A stretch of DNA of 64,000 bases from Mobula hypostoma (Eukaryota): positions 11,594,001 to 11,658,000 of the forward strand of contig NC_086108.1 in assembly GCF_963921235.1 (NCBI RefSeq), read 5' to 3'. The translations under genes and the position numbers were made by a program. The notes under the pieces were generated by a model, which saw nothing but the letters and a program-made list of their open reading frames with translations, was not told the origin of the DNA and ran no database searches. Shown piece by piece: positions 50,901-62,984 of the stretch. Position 1 is the stretch's first letter. Each line of letters starts with the position of its first letter.

Positions 50901-53160
50901 AGGCATTCTTCAATTATGTGAAGAAAAAAAGGATGACAGGAGTGAAGGTAGGACCGATTAGAGATAAAGGTGGGAAGATGTGCCTGGAGGCTGTGGAAGT
51001 GAGCGAGGTCTTCAATGAATACTTCTCTTCAGTATTCACCAATGAGAGGGAACTTGATGATGGTGAGGACAATATGAGTGAGGTTGATGCTCTGGAGCAT
51101 GTTGATATTAAGGGAGAGGAGGTGTTGGAGTTGTTAAAATACATTAGGATGGATAAGTCCCCAGGGCCTGACGGAATATTCCCCAGGCTGCTCCACGAGG
51201 CGAGGGAAGAGATTGCTGAGCCTCTGGCTAGGATCTTTATGTCCTTGTTGTCCATGGGAATGGTACCGGAGGAATGGAGGGAGACAAATGTTGTCCCCTT
51301 GTTCAAAAAAGGTAGTAGGGATAGTCCGGGTAATTATAGACCAGTGAGCCTTATGTCTGTGGTGGGAAAGCTGTTGGAAAAGAATCTTAGAGATAGGATC
51401 TCTGGGCATTTAGAGAATCATGGTCTGATCAGGGACAGTCAGCATGGCTTTGTGAAGGGCAGATCATGTCTAACTAGCCTGATAGAGTTATTTGAGGAGG
51501 AGACCAGGCATATAGATGAGGGTAGTGCAGTGGATGTGATCTATATGGATTTTAGTAAGGCATTTGACAAGGTTCCACATGGTAGGCTTATTCAGAAATT
51601 CAGAAGGCATGGGATCCAGGGAAGTTTGGCCAGGTGGATTCAGAATTGGCTTGCCTGCAGAAGGCGGAGGGTGGTGGTGGAGGGAGTACATTCAGATTGG
51701 AGGATTGTGACTAGTGGTGTCCCACAAGGATCTGTTCTGGGACCTCTACTTTTCGTGATTTTTATTAACGACCTGGATGTGGGGGTAGAAGGGTGGGTTG
51801 GCAAGTTTGCAGACGACACAAAGGTTGGTGGTGTTGTAGATAGTGTAAAGGATTGTCAAAGATTGCAGAGAGACATTGATAGGATGCAGAAGTGGGCTGA
51901 GAAGTGGCAGATGGAGTTCAACCCGGAGAAGTGTGAGGTGTACACCTTGGAAGGGCAAACTCCAAGGCAGAGTACAAAGTAAATGGCAGGATACTTGGTA
52001 GTGTGGAGTAGCAGAGGGATCTGGGGGTACATGGCCACAGATCCCTGAAAATTGCCTCACAGGTGGATAGGGTAGTTAAGAAAGCTTATGGGGTGTTAGC
52101 TTTCATAAGTCGAGGGATAGAGTTTAAGAGTCGTGATGTAATGATGCAGCCCTAAAAAACTCTGGTTAGGCCACACTTGGAGTACAGTGTCCAGTTCTGG
52201 TCACCTCACTATAGGAAGGATGTGGAAGCATTGGAAAGGGTACAGAGGAGATTTACCAGGATGCTGCCTGGTTTAGAGAGTATGCATTATGATCAGAGAT
52301 TATGGGAGCTAGGGCTTTACTCTTTGGAGAGAAGGAGGATGAGAGGAGACATGATAGAGATATACAAGATAATAAGAGGAATAGATAGAGTGGATAGCCA
52401 GCGCCTCTTCCCCAGGGCACCACTGCTCAATACAAGAGGACATGGCTTTAAGGTAAGGGTGGGAAGTTCAAGGAGGATATTAGAGGAAAGTTTTTTACTC
52501 AGAGAGTGGTTGGTGCGCGGAATGCACTGCCTGAGTCAGTGGTGGAGGCAGATACACTAGTGAAGTTTAAGAGATTACTAGACAGTTATATGGAGGAATT
52601 TAAGGTGGGGGTTTATATGGGTGGCAGGGTTTGAGGGTCGGCACAACATTGTGGGCTGAAGGGCCTGTACTGTGCTGTACTATTCTATGTTCTATGTTCT
52701 ATATTCTTTGTTTAACTCTATCCACAATGATTCAACACCTTCTGACCCTATGTCACATGTTTCTAATGATCTGATTTCATTTTTTGCCAACAGAGCAATG
52801 CTGCCTACTCTGCCTTCCTGCCTGTCCTTTCGACACAGTGTGTATCCTTGGACATTAATCTCCCACCTATAATTTTCTTTCAGCCATGATTCAGTGATGC
52901 CTAAAACATACATGCCAATCTGCAACTGTGCCACAAGTTCATCTACCTTATGCCATATAACACTATCAGTACTGTATTCACCCTTTTCGATGTTGTCCGC
53001 CTTTTAAGCTGCAATTCCTTCTGTTGCCCTCACTACAGATTGCCTCTTTTTTTAAACCAGCTACACCGTCTTCAGTACTATCAGCCACTACAATAGTTCT
53101 TGCATTGAAACATATGCAGCTCAGGATACTAGCCACACCATGCTCAACCTTTTGTTTTCT
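47955..53160 (-). mobile_element. Long decayed CR1 ORF2 (endonuclease to 3' end), split at ~50450/52697 by another CR1
   Basis: CFNARTI and LGITESWL (APE endonuclease) at 52.7-53.1 kb; LNKYFASVFT, DLDFQKAFDK, KFADN at 48.7-49.7 kb. Confidence 0.9.
50451..52696 (+). mobile_element. 5'-truncated CR1 (501-aa open segment, then frameshift/stops)
   Basis: KENPKAFFNYV, NYRPVSL, YMDFSKAFDKV, GVPQGSVLGP, FADD; (TTCTATG)n tail. Confidence 0.95.
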
Positions 53161-54369
53161 ATCTTTCAAACGTGGATCTGTTACTGTTGGAGCCTGTGAG
53201 ATACATTCTGGTGGTGAGTTTTCAAGCCGGTTGAGCAATCTGCCACTTGGCTGTCTCTGAGAACGTTCCACGAGGCTTTGGGAGAAGCACGCAGTCTGGA
53301 GGCGGGGCTTGAGCCCATAATCAACTCCATTTCTCACCGATATCACCGACTGAAGTGTCAGGGAAGATTGAGATCATTGAGGAGTGAGAAGGCGAGCAGA
53401 TGTTCAACATCGTCTACCAGCCTCTCGCTCGCTGCTGCCAGGGGAAGGTGTTTGAGTGTAACCGTCTCTTTCTCCCTCTTGCTGCTTTTCCTAAAGGCAT
53501 TTGAATGCTCTTTCTTCTCTCTCTCTCTCTTTCCCTTCCTCAATGCAATAGCAAAAAAGAGCTTTGATCAGCAACCAAACCGGACATCGGAAGTTTTGAG
53601 AGGAGGGGGATTCACTCAGGTCCACTGCTCAAGTAGAAAAGCCAGCAGAGGGTTGCTACAGTGAAAGAGAGCTTTGACTAATGATCAATTGGCGTTTGGG
53701 ATTGATCAGCAAGAGCAAACTAAAGGAAGGCAGGGGCAAGTGCTGCAGCCATCGTGGCAGAAGCCGTCGTCTGAGTGCCGAACTCCTGGCTCTGTGGTTT
53801 GTGAATTGGACTCTGTAGTTCACATTACGGTGTGTTGCTGGTTTTTAGTCTCTCCTTTTTTTTTTGCTATTTTGGGTGACTTTGAATCAGGGCAGCTTGC
53901 AGATAACGAACACTGAGCAGAACTGAATACCCAGGACTCTTTTCGACTTTGTATTTTAAATTCTGTGTTCTTCACGTTTTTTCTGTTCCTGTTTGTGCAA
54001 TGTGTTTCTGTTGTGCATGGGGTGGGTGGTTGCTGTTCTGCTTTGAACGGGTTCCATGGTGTTTCTTTGTTTGGTGGCTGTTCATGGGGAAGATGAATCT
54101 CAGGGTTGTATAATGCTTACATACTTTGATAATAAATATGCTTTGAATGTTTGAATCTAATACCTCCTCTGGCAATATGTGCCATATACCCAGCACCCTC
54201 TGCATGAATAATTTGCCCCTCAACTCCATTTAAAATCTTTCCCAGCAATCCTCTGCCTTCTAATTTTGAACTATGCAACCATATCAAGGGGAAGTCCCAA
54301 TGAGCCACGGGTGCTGGAACAGGCCATTGTGTACAAAGTGAGAGGTAGACGTATATTGGGAAAATTGCC

Positions 54370-54635
54370 ATACTTGTAACCCAGAGGCCAGAGATTCAGG
54401 TTCAGATCCCAGCCTGGGAACTGTGAAGCTTAAATGCAGTTGATATCCTGACCACTAAAGTTACTGTCAAACACCATCTGTTTCACTGGTTCACTGATAT
54501 ACTTCACGAAGGGGAGGAGGAGATTTACCACCGATATGCTAGGGATGTGATAGACAGTGTGCACGGCATTAACCCATCTCTCATCCTCACCTGTTTGGGC
54601 TTGATGTAACTCCAGAGCTGTAGTGTGGTTGACAT
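54370..54635 (+). mobile_element. Ancient tRNA-derived SINE remnant
   Basis: ggttcagatccc B-box-like; ccatctg...ggttcactgat...tcctcacctgtttgggc...atgtaactccagag...tgtggttgac resembles a common shark SINE body. Confidence 0.5.
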
Positions 54636-54859
54636 TAGGAGGGCTTCAGATGTGACTCAAGAATGTTCTGGGTTCCAACCACAGGTAGCAGCTGCCGGTC
54701 TTTTCTCTGTACCTAATAATTTAATAAAAGTCCCCTATTTGCTGCTGGCAGTGGGAGGGAGGAAGTGGGCCGGACACTCAGAAGATGTTAAAAGATGCTA
54801 AATAGGCAAATTAAATGGTTCGGCACAGACTAGATTGGTTGAAGGGCCTGTTTTTGGGC

Positions 54860-55917
54860 TGTTTCGATTTAGAACTGGCTTTCCTATAGAAGACAGAAGG
54901 TAGTGATCAAAGGGACTTATTTGAGCTGGAGGTCTGTGATTAATGGTGCTCTGCAGGGATCTGCTATTTATGGTGTATAGAGATGACCTGGATGAAAATG
55001 TAGATGGGTGGGTTAGTAATGATACAAAGACTGGTGGTGTTGTGGATAGCTTAGAAGATTTGCAAAGAATACAGCAGGATATGGATCAGTTGCAGATATG
55101 GGCAGAGAGATGGCAGATGGAGTTGAACCCAGTCAGACTTGAAGTGTTGCACCTTGATTGGTCAATTATGAAGAGACAGTACACGGGTAAGGGCAAGACC
55201 CTTAACAGTGTTGATGAGCAGAGACATCTTGGGGTCCAATTTCATAGCTCCTCAAACGAGGCTACACAGGTTAATAGGGTGGTTAAGAAGCCATATGGCA
55301 TGCTTCTCTTTATTAATTGAGTCACTGAGTTCAAAATTCAAGAGGTAATGTTGCAGCTGTATAAAACTCTGCTTGGGACACAGTTGTTTTTTTGCATACA
55401 GTTCTGGTCACCCCACCATAGGAAGGATTTTGAGTCTTTGGAGAGGGTGCAGAAGAGTTTTACCAGGACGTTGCCTGAATTAGAGGGTGTGTGCTATAAT
55501 GAGCTTGGACAAACTTGGGTTACTTTTCCTGGAGCGGTAGGGGCCAAGAGGAGATCTGATGGAGGTTTGTAAGATTATGTGAGGCTTAGAGTAGAGAGAT
55601 AGTGTCCTTTTCCCAGAGTTGAAATGTCTAATTCCCGAGGGCTCATATTTAAAGCAAGAAGAAATAATTTCAAAGGAGAATTGAGGGACAACTTTTTTAC
55701 ACCGAGAGTGGTGGATGCCTGGAATATGATGCCTGGGGTGGTGGTAGAGGCAGAAACATTAGAGACTTTTAACAGACATTTAGATAGGCACGTGAATGTG
55801 AGGAAAATGGAAGGATATGGACATTGTGTAGGCAGAAGGGATTAGTTTAGTCGGCCATTTGATTACTAATTTAATCAGGCCGAGGTGCCTGTTCCTGTGC
55901 TGTACTATGTTCTATGT
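54860..55917 (+). mobile_element. Decayed CR1
   Basis: DTKTGGVVDS, LQLYKTLL...QFWSPHHRKD, FFTPRVVDAWN. Confidence 0.88.
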
Positions 55918-56154
55918 ATTACATGGTTGGAGGAGTATGGAGGGCTATAGTCCAGGTGCAGGGTGATGGGACTAGGCTAGGGGTTCCCAAACTTTTCTAC
56001 CATTAATGGAAGAGTCCGTGGACCCCGGGTCAGGAAACCCTGGACTGGACAGAATAGAGGTTCAGTATGGACAAGATGGGCTGAAGGGCCTACTTCTGTA
56101 CTGTAGTGCTCTGTGAATCTATGAATTTCTTCAGGCTGCAGGAAAAATAATGGT

Positions 56155-56342
56155 CAGAGTTGGGGTCAGTGGCAAGGTCAAGGTTTGACACAGAATGAGG
56201 GTCAGGGTCTGGGCTTGCGTCAGTGCAGGGTTCGGGTAAGGATCTGTGTCAGGGTTAGGGTCAGGGTCAGTGTCAGGGTTAGGGTCAGGGTCTAGGCTGG
56301 GGCCAGTGTCAGGGTTAGGGCCCGTATCAGGGTCAGGGTCTC
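56155..56342. repeat. (GGGTCA)n / (GGGTTA)n hexamer array
   Basis: e.g. tcagggttagggtcagggtcagtgtcagggttagggtcaggg. Confidence 0.85.
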
Positions 56343-56606
56343 GTGAGTGGGGTTACGGTGTAGCTGCAGCCAGGGGACCTGTAGGGTTGTTATAGGAATG
56401 GGCCTTTATGCGTTTCCATACACTGAACTCCACAGCTCCTCTGCTTTTCCAAGGATTCCTACACTGCGGCCCATCTGCAGGCAGCTTGATTTGATAAAAA
56501 TGAAGCATTCTCCACTATCTTTTGATTTCAGTGTAAACGTCTGATTTATCTCGGTGTCACATACATAGAACCCAAAACTGATTAGACACACCAGGAACCT
56601 CTAAAT

Positions 56607-56668
56607 CAGGGGCTCCCAACTTGTTTTATGCCATGGACTCCGACCATTAACCAGGTTGGGAGCCCCTG
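56607..56668. mobile_element. 62-bp hAT-type MITE (older relative at 55978-56042)
   Basis: Perfect 14-bp TIR CAGGGGCTCCCAAC; imperfect 8-bp flanks CTCTAAAT/CTCAGATT (GACTAGGC/GACTGGAC for the relative). Confidence 0.75.
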
Positions 56669-57569
56669 CTCAGATTGAACATGGTTCAGAATAAACAAGT
56701 TTCGACATATGCCGGAGATAGTGAACCTGATTCTGATTCTGAAATTCTTCCCTGTAGTGCACACTGATATTGTGATCCAGGAATTCTTCTGCATACCAGG
56801 GTCTGTAAAAGTGAGGCTATGTAACTGGCCAGTTGGACCAGAAATGTGGAGTGCGTTCAGCATGGGACCCCACGCAACAGGATGAGGTAAGTGCGAAGAA
56901 GCATATTTAAAAAGACCAAAGCCTGAGGTACTCCACTTCTGCAGAGGCAGACACACTCACTGAGGAGAAAGGGGAGAAATTAGAAATATCCAAAGCCAGG
57001 AGAAGAGACTGATTCCAGGGACAGGAGGGTTGGGCAGCATATGGCTCAGAGGACCCAGAGTGAAGGCAAGGAAATTGTTTTCACACAGCAAGTCCCAGGA
57101 CCCATTGCTAGGGTGGGAAGTGGAAACTGATTTAACATAGCAAAGTGGCTATACTTTGGAAGGGGAGGCATGTATGGGAGTGTGGGGAGAGAGCAGGGGA
57201 ATTACATAGAGCAAGTATCAGTGTGACGGCTGAATGACCTTCTGAAAAGCTGAAGAGTTATTTGGCCGCAGGTGGAAGTATGCTGTGTGGTGGAGGCCTA
57301 TGGTGAATGTGCGTAGAGTGGAGAAGCCTTTCGCTAGCACTGTTATCTATGAAGTACATCATTTCAGTCTGATGCCACGGGCTCTGACAGTCATGACTGA
57401 TTCACAGGGCTCAGTATCTCGAGAGCTTCGGAAAGCCTGTGATTTATTTCAGACACTAAAATGTAGTTTTCTTTGAGTTTAAATCTCCCAAAAGAATTAC
57501 AAACATTTAACCTGTTCTAAAGTGAAATGGGCCAGATAATGGAACAGTGCAATTTAAGGAAACACATCA

Positions 57570-60010
57570 GCTGGGCAAAATATATATCACCACCCTCCAA
57601 ACTGCTGGGCAAAACCTAACACAGCCCTCCCAACAGCTGGGGAAAAGTATAACACCCCCTCTGAACAGCTGGGGAAAAACCTAACACACCCCTCCAAACA
57701 GCTGGGGAAAAGTATAACACCCCCCTCTGAATAGCTGGGCAAAACATAACACACCCCTACCAACAGCTGGGGAAAAGTATAACATCCCCTTCTGAACAGC
57801 TGGGGCAAAACCTAACACACTGCTCCAAACAGCTGGGGAAAAGTATGACACCACGTCTCTGAACAGCTGGGGCAAGATATAACCCCCCACCCCAACAGCT
57901 GTGGAAAAACCTAATACCTCCCTCCGAACATCTGGGGCAAAACATAACACCCCATTTCTGAACATCTGGGGCAGAATATAACACCTCTCTGAACAGCTGA
58001 GGTAAAATATAACATCCCCTCTCTCTGAACAGCTGGGGGTAAAATATAACATCCCCTCTCTGACAGCTGGGGTAAAATATAACACCCCCTCTCTGAACAG
58101 CTGGGGGTAAAATATAACATCTCCTCTCTGAACAGCTGAGGTAAAATATAACATCTCCTCTCTGAACAGCTGAGGTAAAATATAACATCCCCTCTCTGAA
58201 CAGCTGGGGGTAAAATATAACATCTCCTCTCTGAACAGCTGAGGTAAAATATAACATCCCCTCTCTGAACAGCTGGGGGTAAAATATAACATCTCCTCTC
58301 TGAACAGCTGAGGTAAAATATAACATCCCCTCTCTGAACAGCTGGGGTAAAATATAACCCAGGGAGAGTGACATATTTAATTCAGAAACAAAGGTTCTGA
58401 ACTTAAAGAGGGGTAACTTTGAAGGTATGAGACGTGAATTAGCTAAGATAGACTGGCAAATGACACTTAAAGGATTGACGGTGGATATGCAATGGCAAGC
58501 ATTTAAAGGTTGCATGGATGAACTACAACAATTGTCATCCCAGTTTAACAGCATAACAGTGCTGGGACCCCAGTTGTTTACAATATATATTAATGACTTG
58601 GATGAGGGAATTAAATGCAGCATCTCCAAATTTGCGGATGACACGAAGCTGGGTGGCAGTGTTAGCAGTGAGGAGGATGCTAAGAGGATGCAGGGTGACT
58701 TGGATAGGTTGGGTGAGTGGGCAAACTCATGGCAGATGCAATTTAATGTGGATAAATGTGAAGTTATCCACTTTGGTGGCAAAAATAGGAAAACAGATTA
58801 TTATCTGAATGGTGGCCGATTAGGAAAAGGGGAGGTGCAACGAGACCTGGGAGTCATTATACACCAGTCATTGAAAGTGGGCATGCAGGTCCAGCAGGTG
58901 GTGAAAAAGGCGAATGGTATGCTGGCACTTATAGCGAGAGGATTGGAGTACAGGAGCAGGGAGGTACTACTGCAGTTGTACAAGGCCTTGGTGAGACCAC
59001 ACCTGGAGTATTGTGTGCAGTTTTGGTCCCCTAATCTGAGGAAAGACATCTTTGCCACTAGATTGATTCCTGGGATGGCAGGACTTTCATATGAAGAAAG
59101 ACTGGATGAACTGGGCTTGTACTCATTGGAATTTAGAAGATTGAGGGAGGATCTGATTGAAACGTATAAGATCCTAAAGGGATTGGACAGGCTGGATGCA
59201 GGAAGATTGTTCCCGATGTTGGGGAAGTCCAGAACGAGGGGTCACAGTTTGAGGATAGAGGGGAAGCCTTTTAGGACCGAGATTAGGAAAAACTTCTTCA
59301 CACAGAGAGTGGTGAATCTGTGGAATTCTCTGCTACAGGAAACTGTTGAGGCCAGTTCATTGGCTATATTTAAGAGGGAGTTAGATATGGCCCTTGTGGC
59401 TACAGGGGTCAGGGGGTATGGAGGGAAGGCTGGGGTGGGGTTCTGAGTTGGATGATCAGCCATGATCATAATAAATGGCGGTGCAGGCTCGAAGGGCCGA
59501 ATGGCCTACTCCTGCACCTATTTTCTATGTTTCTATGTTTCTATAACACCCCTCTCTGAACAGCTGGGGTAAAATATAACACCCCCTCTCTGAACAGTTG
59601 GGGGTAATCCTAACTCTCCCTCTCTGACAACCACCCACCCTGTCAGATAAACAGGTGGGTCAAAGCCTACATCCCATTTCAGAACAGCTAGACAAAACTT
59701 GCACCCCGCCATCCAGACAAAGATCTGGGGAAATGTTAACACACCCTTCTCTGACCAGCCAGGAAAACTGGAACATCCATCTTCGCTTCGAATAGCTGGA
59801 TAAAACCCTAACACCCCATCCCATCAGCTAATCAGCCGGGGGTAACTCCAACATCTCATCCTGTCAGCTGAACAGCTGGCGGAAACCCCAGGACCTCACC
59901 CATCGGTTGAACAGCTGGGGAAACCCTAAAACCCCATCTCATGAGCCATACATCTGGGGGAATCCCCAACACCCCACCCTGTCAGCCAAACAACTGGGGG
60001 AAACACTAAC
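57570..60010. repeat. ~33-35-bp minisatellite, interrupted by CR1 at 58359-59541 and decaying at both edges
   Basis: Unit CTCTGAACAGCTG(A/G)GGTAAAATATAACATCCCCT; over 20 units left of the CR1, degenerate units to the right. Confidence 0.92.
58359..59541 (+). mobile_element. Young internally deleted CR1, near-identical to 13504-15111
   Basis: From 58557 it matches 14101-15111 almost base for base; TSD TATAAC (58353-58358, 59542-59547). Confidence 0.95.
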
Positions 60011-60953
60011 CAACACCTCACAATGACCACACAGAAAGACTTCGGAGCAGTATGGCCTAATGGTGGGATCCTAAAAGAATACTGGAGTGAAGGATGGACA
60101 GCAATGGAAAGTTAGAAGGAAGAAGTTTTGGGAAACAGCAGAAAAGGACATGGCAAGATTTAAGTTTGCAGGCCAATTTTGTTTTCATTATAAAAGTTTA
60201 TAGTTTATTACCATGATAAATTATTTCTGTAATAAAATTTTTGCTTTATAACTCAGTGTAAGAACATTGGGTGATTCATTAACTTATATATTGTATGAGC
60301 TGGCATCTTATACACATGGTCCAGCAACTACACGTTTGGAGCCTCTGGTCTGAAATTCCTTGCTGGCCTGGGTTTATTTGATTTATTGATCTTTCAGGAT
60401 GTGGGTGTCAGTGGCAAATCTGGCATTTATTGCCCAGAATGCAGTTCCTTGCCCAGACCACCTAACTTGGCTGTCAGCTTTACCGTAGTCCATTGGGTTC
60501 CATTTCCACAGCATCAGGCATCTGTGTTTTACTCAAAGCAACCCTTTTCAGTTTAAGTTCAACAAACATGGCGATTTTGAATTGTTGTTGGTGCTTGAAT
60601 TAAATTGGACATCAAAGACCTTGATCAGATGGGGAACACAGAGACCCCTTGCACTGACAGAGTTTGCCCTCAGAAGAGGGTCTCTGACACCCTTACAGCA
60701 GCAGAAACCAGTCAGAACAAAGTGCCAAATGCTGACTGTTTTAGCAGGGATGGAGACAATGGGACGGGTTGGGGTGGGTGGTGCTGGGCTGCAGACGACA
60801 AGAAAGGAGGAGGTGCCGGGGCTGGAGACGACAGGAGGGGTGGAATTGCCAGGGATTCAGGTTGGTGTAGGTCTGGTGACAGGTACACAGAAGGCACACA
60901 GAGTGTAACGTGACAAAGGAGGATGCATGGGGAAAGCACACTGACATCAAATT

Positions 60954-61249
60954 GCACACACTGTCTCACTCTCTCTCTCACACACACACTCACACTCACT
61001 CATACTTATGCAGATAAGCACACACACTCTCACAAACACACATGCATGCACCCACTCACACTCATACATACAGACACACTCACACACACATACTTGCATA
61101 CACTCATGCTGACAGTCACACACCCACACACCTATCACACATATGCATACATGCACACACACACTCTCACACACATACACACCCATACCTTCACACATCC
61201 ATACACACTCACACTCTCACACATACATACACTCACACTCAAACATACC

Positions 61250-61289
<40 letters not shown>
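60954..61289. repeat. CA-rich tract ending in pure (CA)n
   Basis: Direct inspection. Confidence 0.92.
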
Positions 61290-61291
<2 letters not shown>

Positions 61292-62002
61292 GTCTCTCCC
61301 TTTCACACAGATGTGACCACATCAGATAGAAACATAGAAACACATAAGATCACAGAGGGGGAGACACCAAGACTCATAGACAGACACAGTTGGATAGTTA
61401 CACACACTCAGCAGTTCACAGACACACTCTGATACACTCACAATTGCAAAGAGAAAAATCAAATTTACCCAAAGCCATACAAAATCGATGCAGCAAATTG
61501 CATCTGTACCGACTCCAAATGAGAAACAGGAGGTTAGTGAAATGGCCATGGTGATATTTAAATGAGACAATAGGAAGCATAATGAAAGAATTGAAATTCA
61601 TTCAGGATCCATGGTGATTAGGAGGAGATGCAGCAGAATGTTCCGGCAATTGTTGGCTGTAGTTCAGAATTACAGCCTTTGCAGTTGATCAAGACAAACG
61701 ATGTTGCTCACACGTCTTCCACCCTATTATTTCTGTACATATCTTGTAGATACAGACACCCACAGACACACGCTTATCTAGAACACATCAGACACTCTTC
61801 AAATGCCATGCTTCAAGGTATCAAAAATATATTATGTACAAAAATGGAAGAGAAAAACAGGAATTTCTTGTGGATCTCAACTTCCAGCCCACTCCCCAAT
61901 CTGTTCTTGGGAGCTGCACTTGGAGAGCCCAGACTGAATATGAAGGCCACCAGGGGACATCCACCAGTTCCAGCAATGGGCAAGTGTGCTAGATTCCATC
62001 TG

Positions 62003-62645
62003 TTACTTGTGATCTTTGCACTGCAGCTGTTTCAAAGTGGTGCTACCTTGACCTTCACCTGGAACCTCCTTCAGGGAGAGGGGGCCTTCCTTCTGCAGGT
62101 CTGTGCACGACCAAGTTCTCCTTCCTTTGTGAGGGCTTGTGTCTCCTGTGGGAAAAGATGGGCCTTGAGTGACGGAAACGTTCTCATAGCCCGAAGTTAA
62201 AGCTACAGCCAAGGTTTCTTTGGTGGGATCTGTCAACGTTTCCTGGACATGTTCCTCCAGACTTTCGGTCAACTTTGAAGTGGATGCTGGCATGGCCCCA
62301 TTCTGACTTCCATTGGTCTGCGAGTAGACGTTACTGACCTTGGCCTTGTGTTCTGCCGTGTTGTTGTACACTTTGTACCGTATCATGAGGATGATGATGA
62401 AGACAAGGACAGCAGCCACGATGATACCGCCGATGATGATGATCATGGTGCCGCCAAGAAACTGGGTGTGTGTGGAGTGGCACTGGGTATATTCCTTCTC
62501 GGTGGTGAACTGCACGCAGCCCACTGCTCGGGTAGCTGTCAGGGATGTCTGCCTGTCGTCATAGACAGCCAGCACGCACAGGTCATAGTCTCGCCCGGCA
62601 ACCAGGTCTTTCACCAGGAAGGTCTTGCTCGAAGATGGAATCATT
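62003..62645 (-). CDS. LRFN1: Coding exon of an LRFN/SALM synaptic adhesion protein (end of FN3 domain, TM helix, cytoplasmic tail); most similar to LRFN1, LRFN5 not excluded
   Basis: Translation (R)[30 protein letters not shown]...VGCVQFTT...[33 protein letters not shown]...[11 protein letters not shown] matches LRFN family motifs. Acceptor ttgtcttgcAG ends at 62646 (phase 2, at the YR|MIP boundary); TAA at 62003-62005. Family call is strong. Paralog call rests on [14 protein letters not shown] and YKVY recalled from memory and is less sure. Confidence 0.9.
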
Positions 62646-62984
62646 CTGCAAGACAATTCCATGCGTTAGATAAACAACATGTGATGTCCCCCACCCACAA
62701 GTGACAATAGCAACAACAACAACAACAGCAGGAGGTTTCTGCTCAGATTCCAGACACTGGAGGTGGGTTATAAGGAAGGAGCGTTTGGAGGAGGAGAGGA
62801 TGGTGAGGTGGGGAAGGGATTCAAGAGCTCAGGATTCTGGCAGCCAAGTCACAGCTCCTGTGAACATGTTGCTGGGGCATGCAAACCATTTCCCAAAGAG
62901 CCACTTCTCGGGTGCTATGGGTCCCTTAGAATCTGATAAAGATCGAGGGAAAACACACCTCGAGTCCTACTCAAGCGATCAGCA

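Noticed and set aside
50477..51982. ~500-aa RT ORFs (also 13503-15014) as host or retron-like genes
   Set aside because: 5'-truncated CR1 ORF2 segments with LINE tails, nested in other repeats; no sign of domestication.
56780..56900. Consensus donor GAG|GTAAGT at ~56886
   Set aside because: Sits in what looks like decayed CR1 sequence, with no coherent exon.
57570..58358. ~34-bp periodicity resembling a CRISPR array
   Set aside because: Head-to-tail units with no unique spacers, no cas genes, vertebrate context.
57681..58782. 341-aa and 203-aa minus-strand ORFs
   Set aside because: Antisense CR1 plus translated minisatellite.
1..60700. Intact IFN-lambda gene expected from human LRFN1 synteny
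   Set aside because: Manual reading of the unique blocks gave no convincing phase-0 cytokine exons. Short diverged exons could be missed; TBLASTN is needed.
61468..61510. Possible 35-nt LRFN micro-exon (ggtacAG ATGCAATT...TGG GTAAAT, minus strand)
   Set aside because: Weak acceptor and no homology support.
61628..62704. Plus-strand ORFs of 190, 118 and 74 aa
   Set aside because: Antisense shadows of the LRFN exon and its 3' region, with no independent support.
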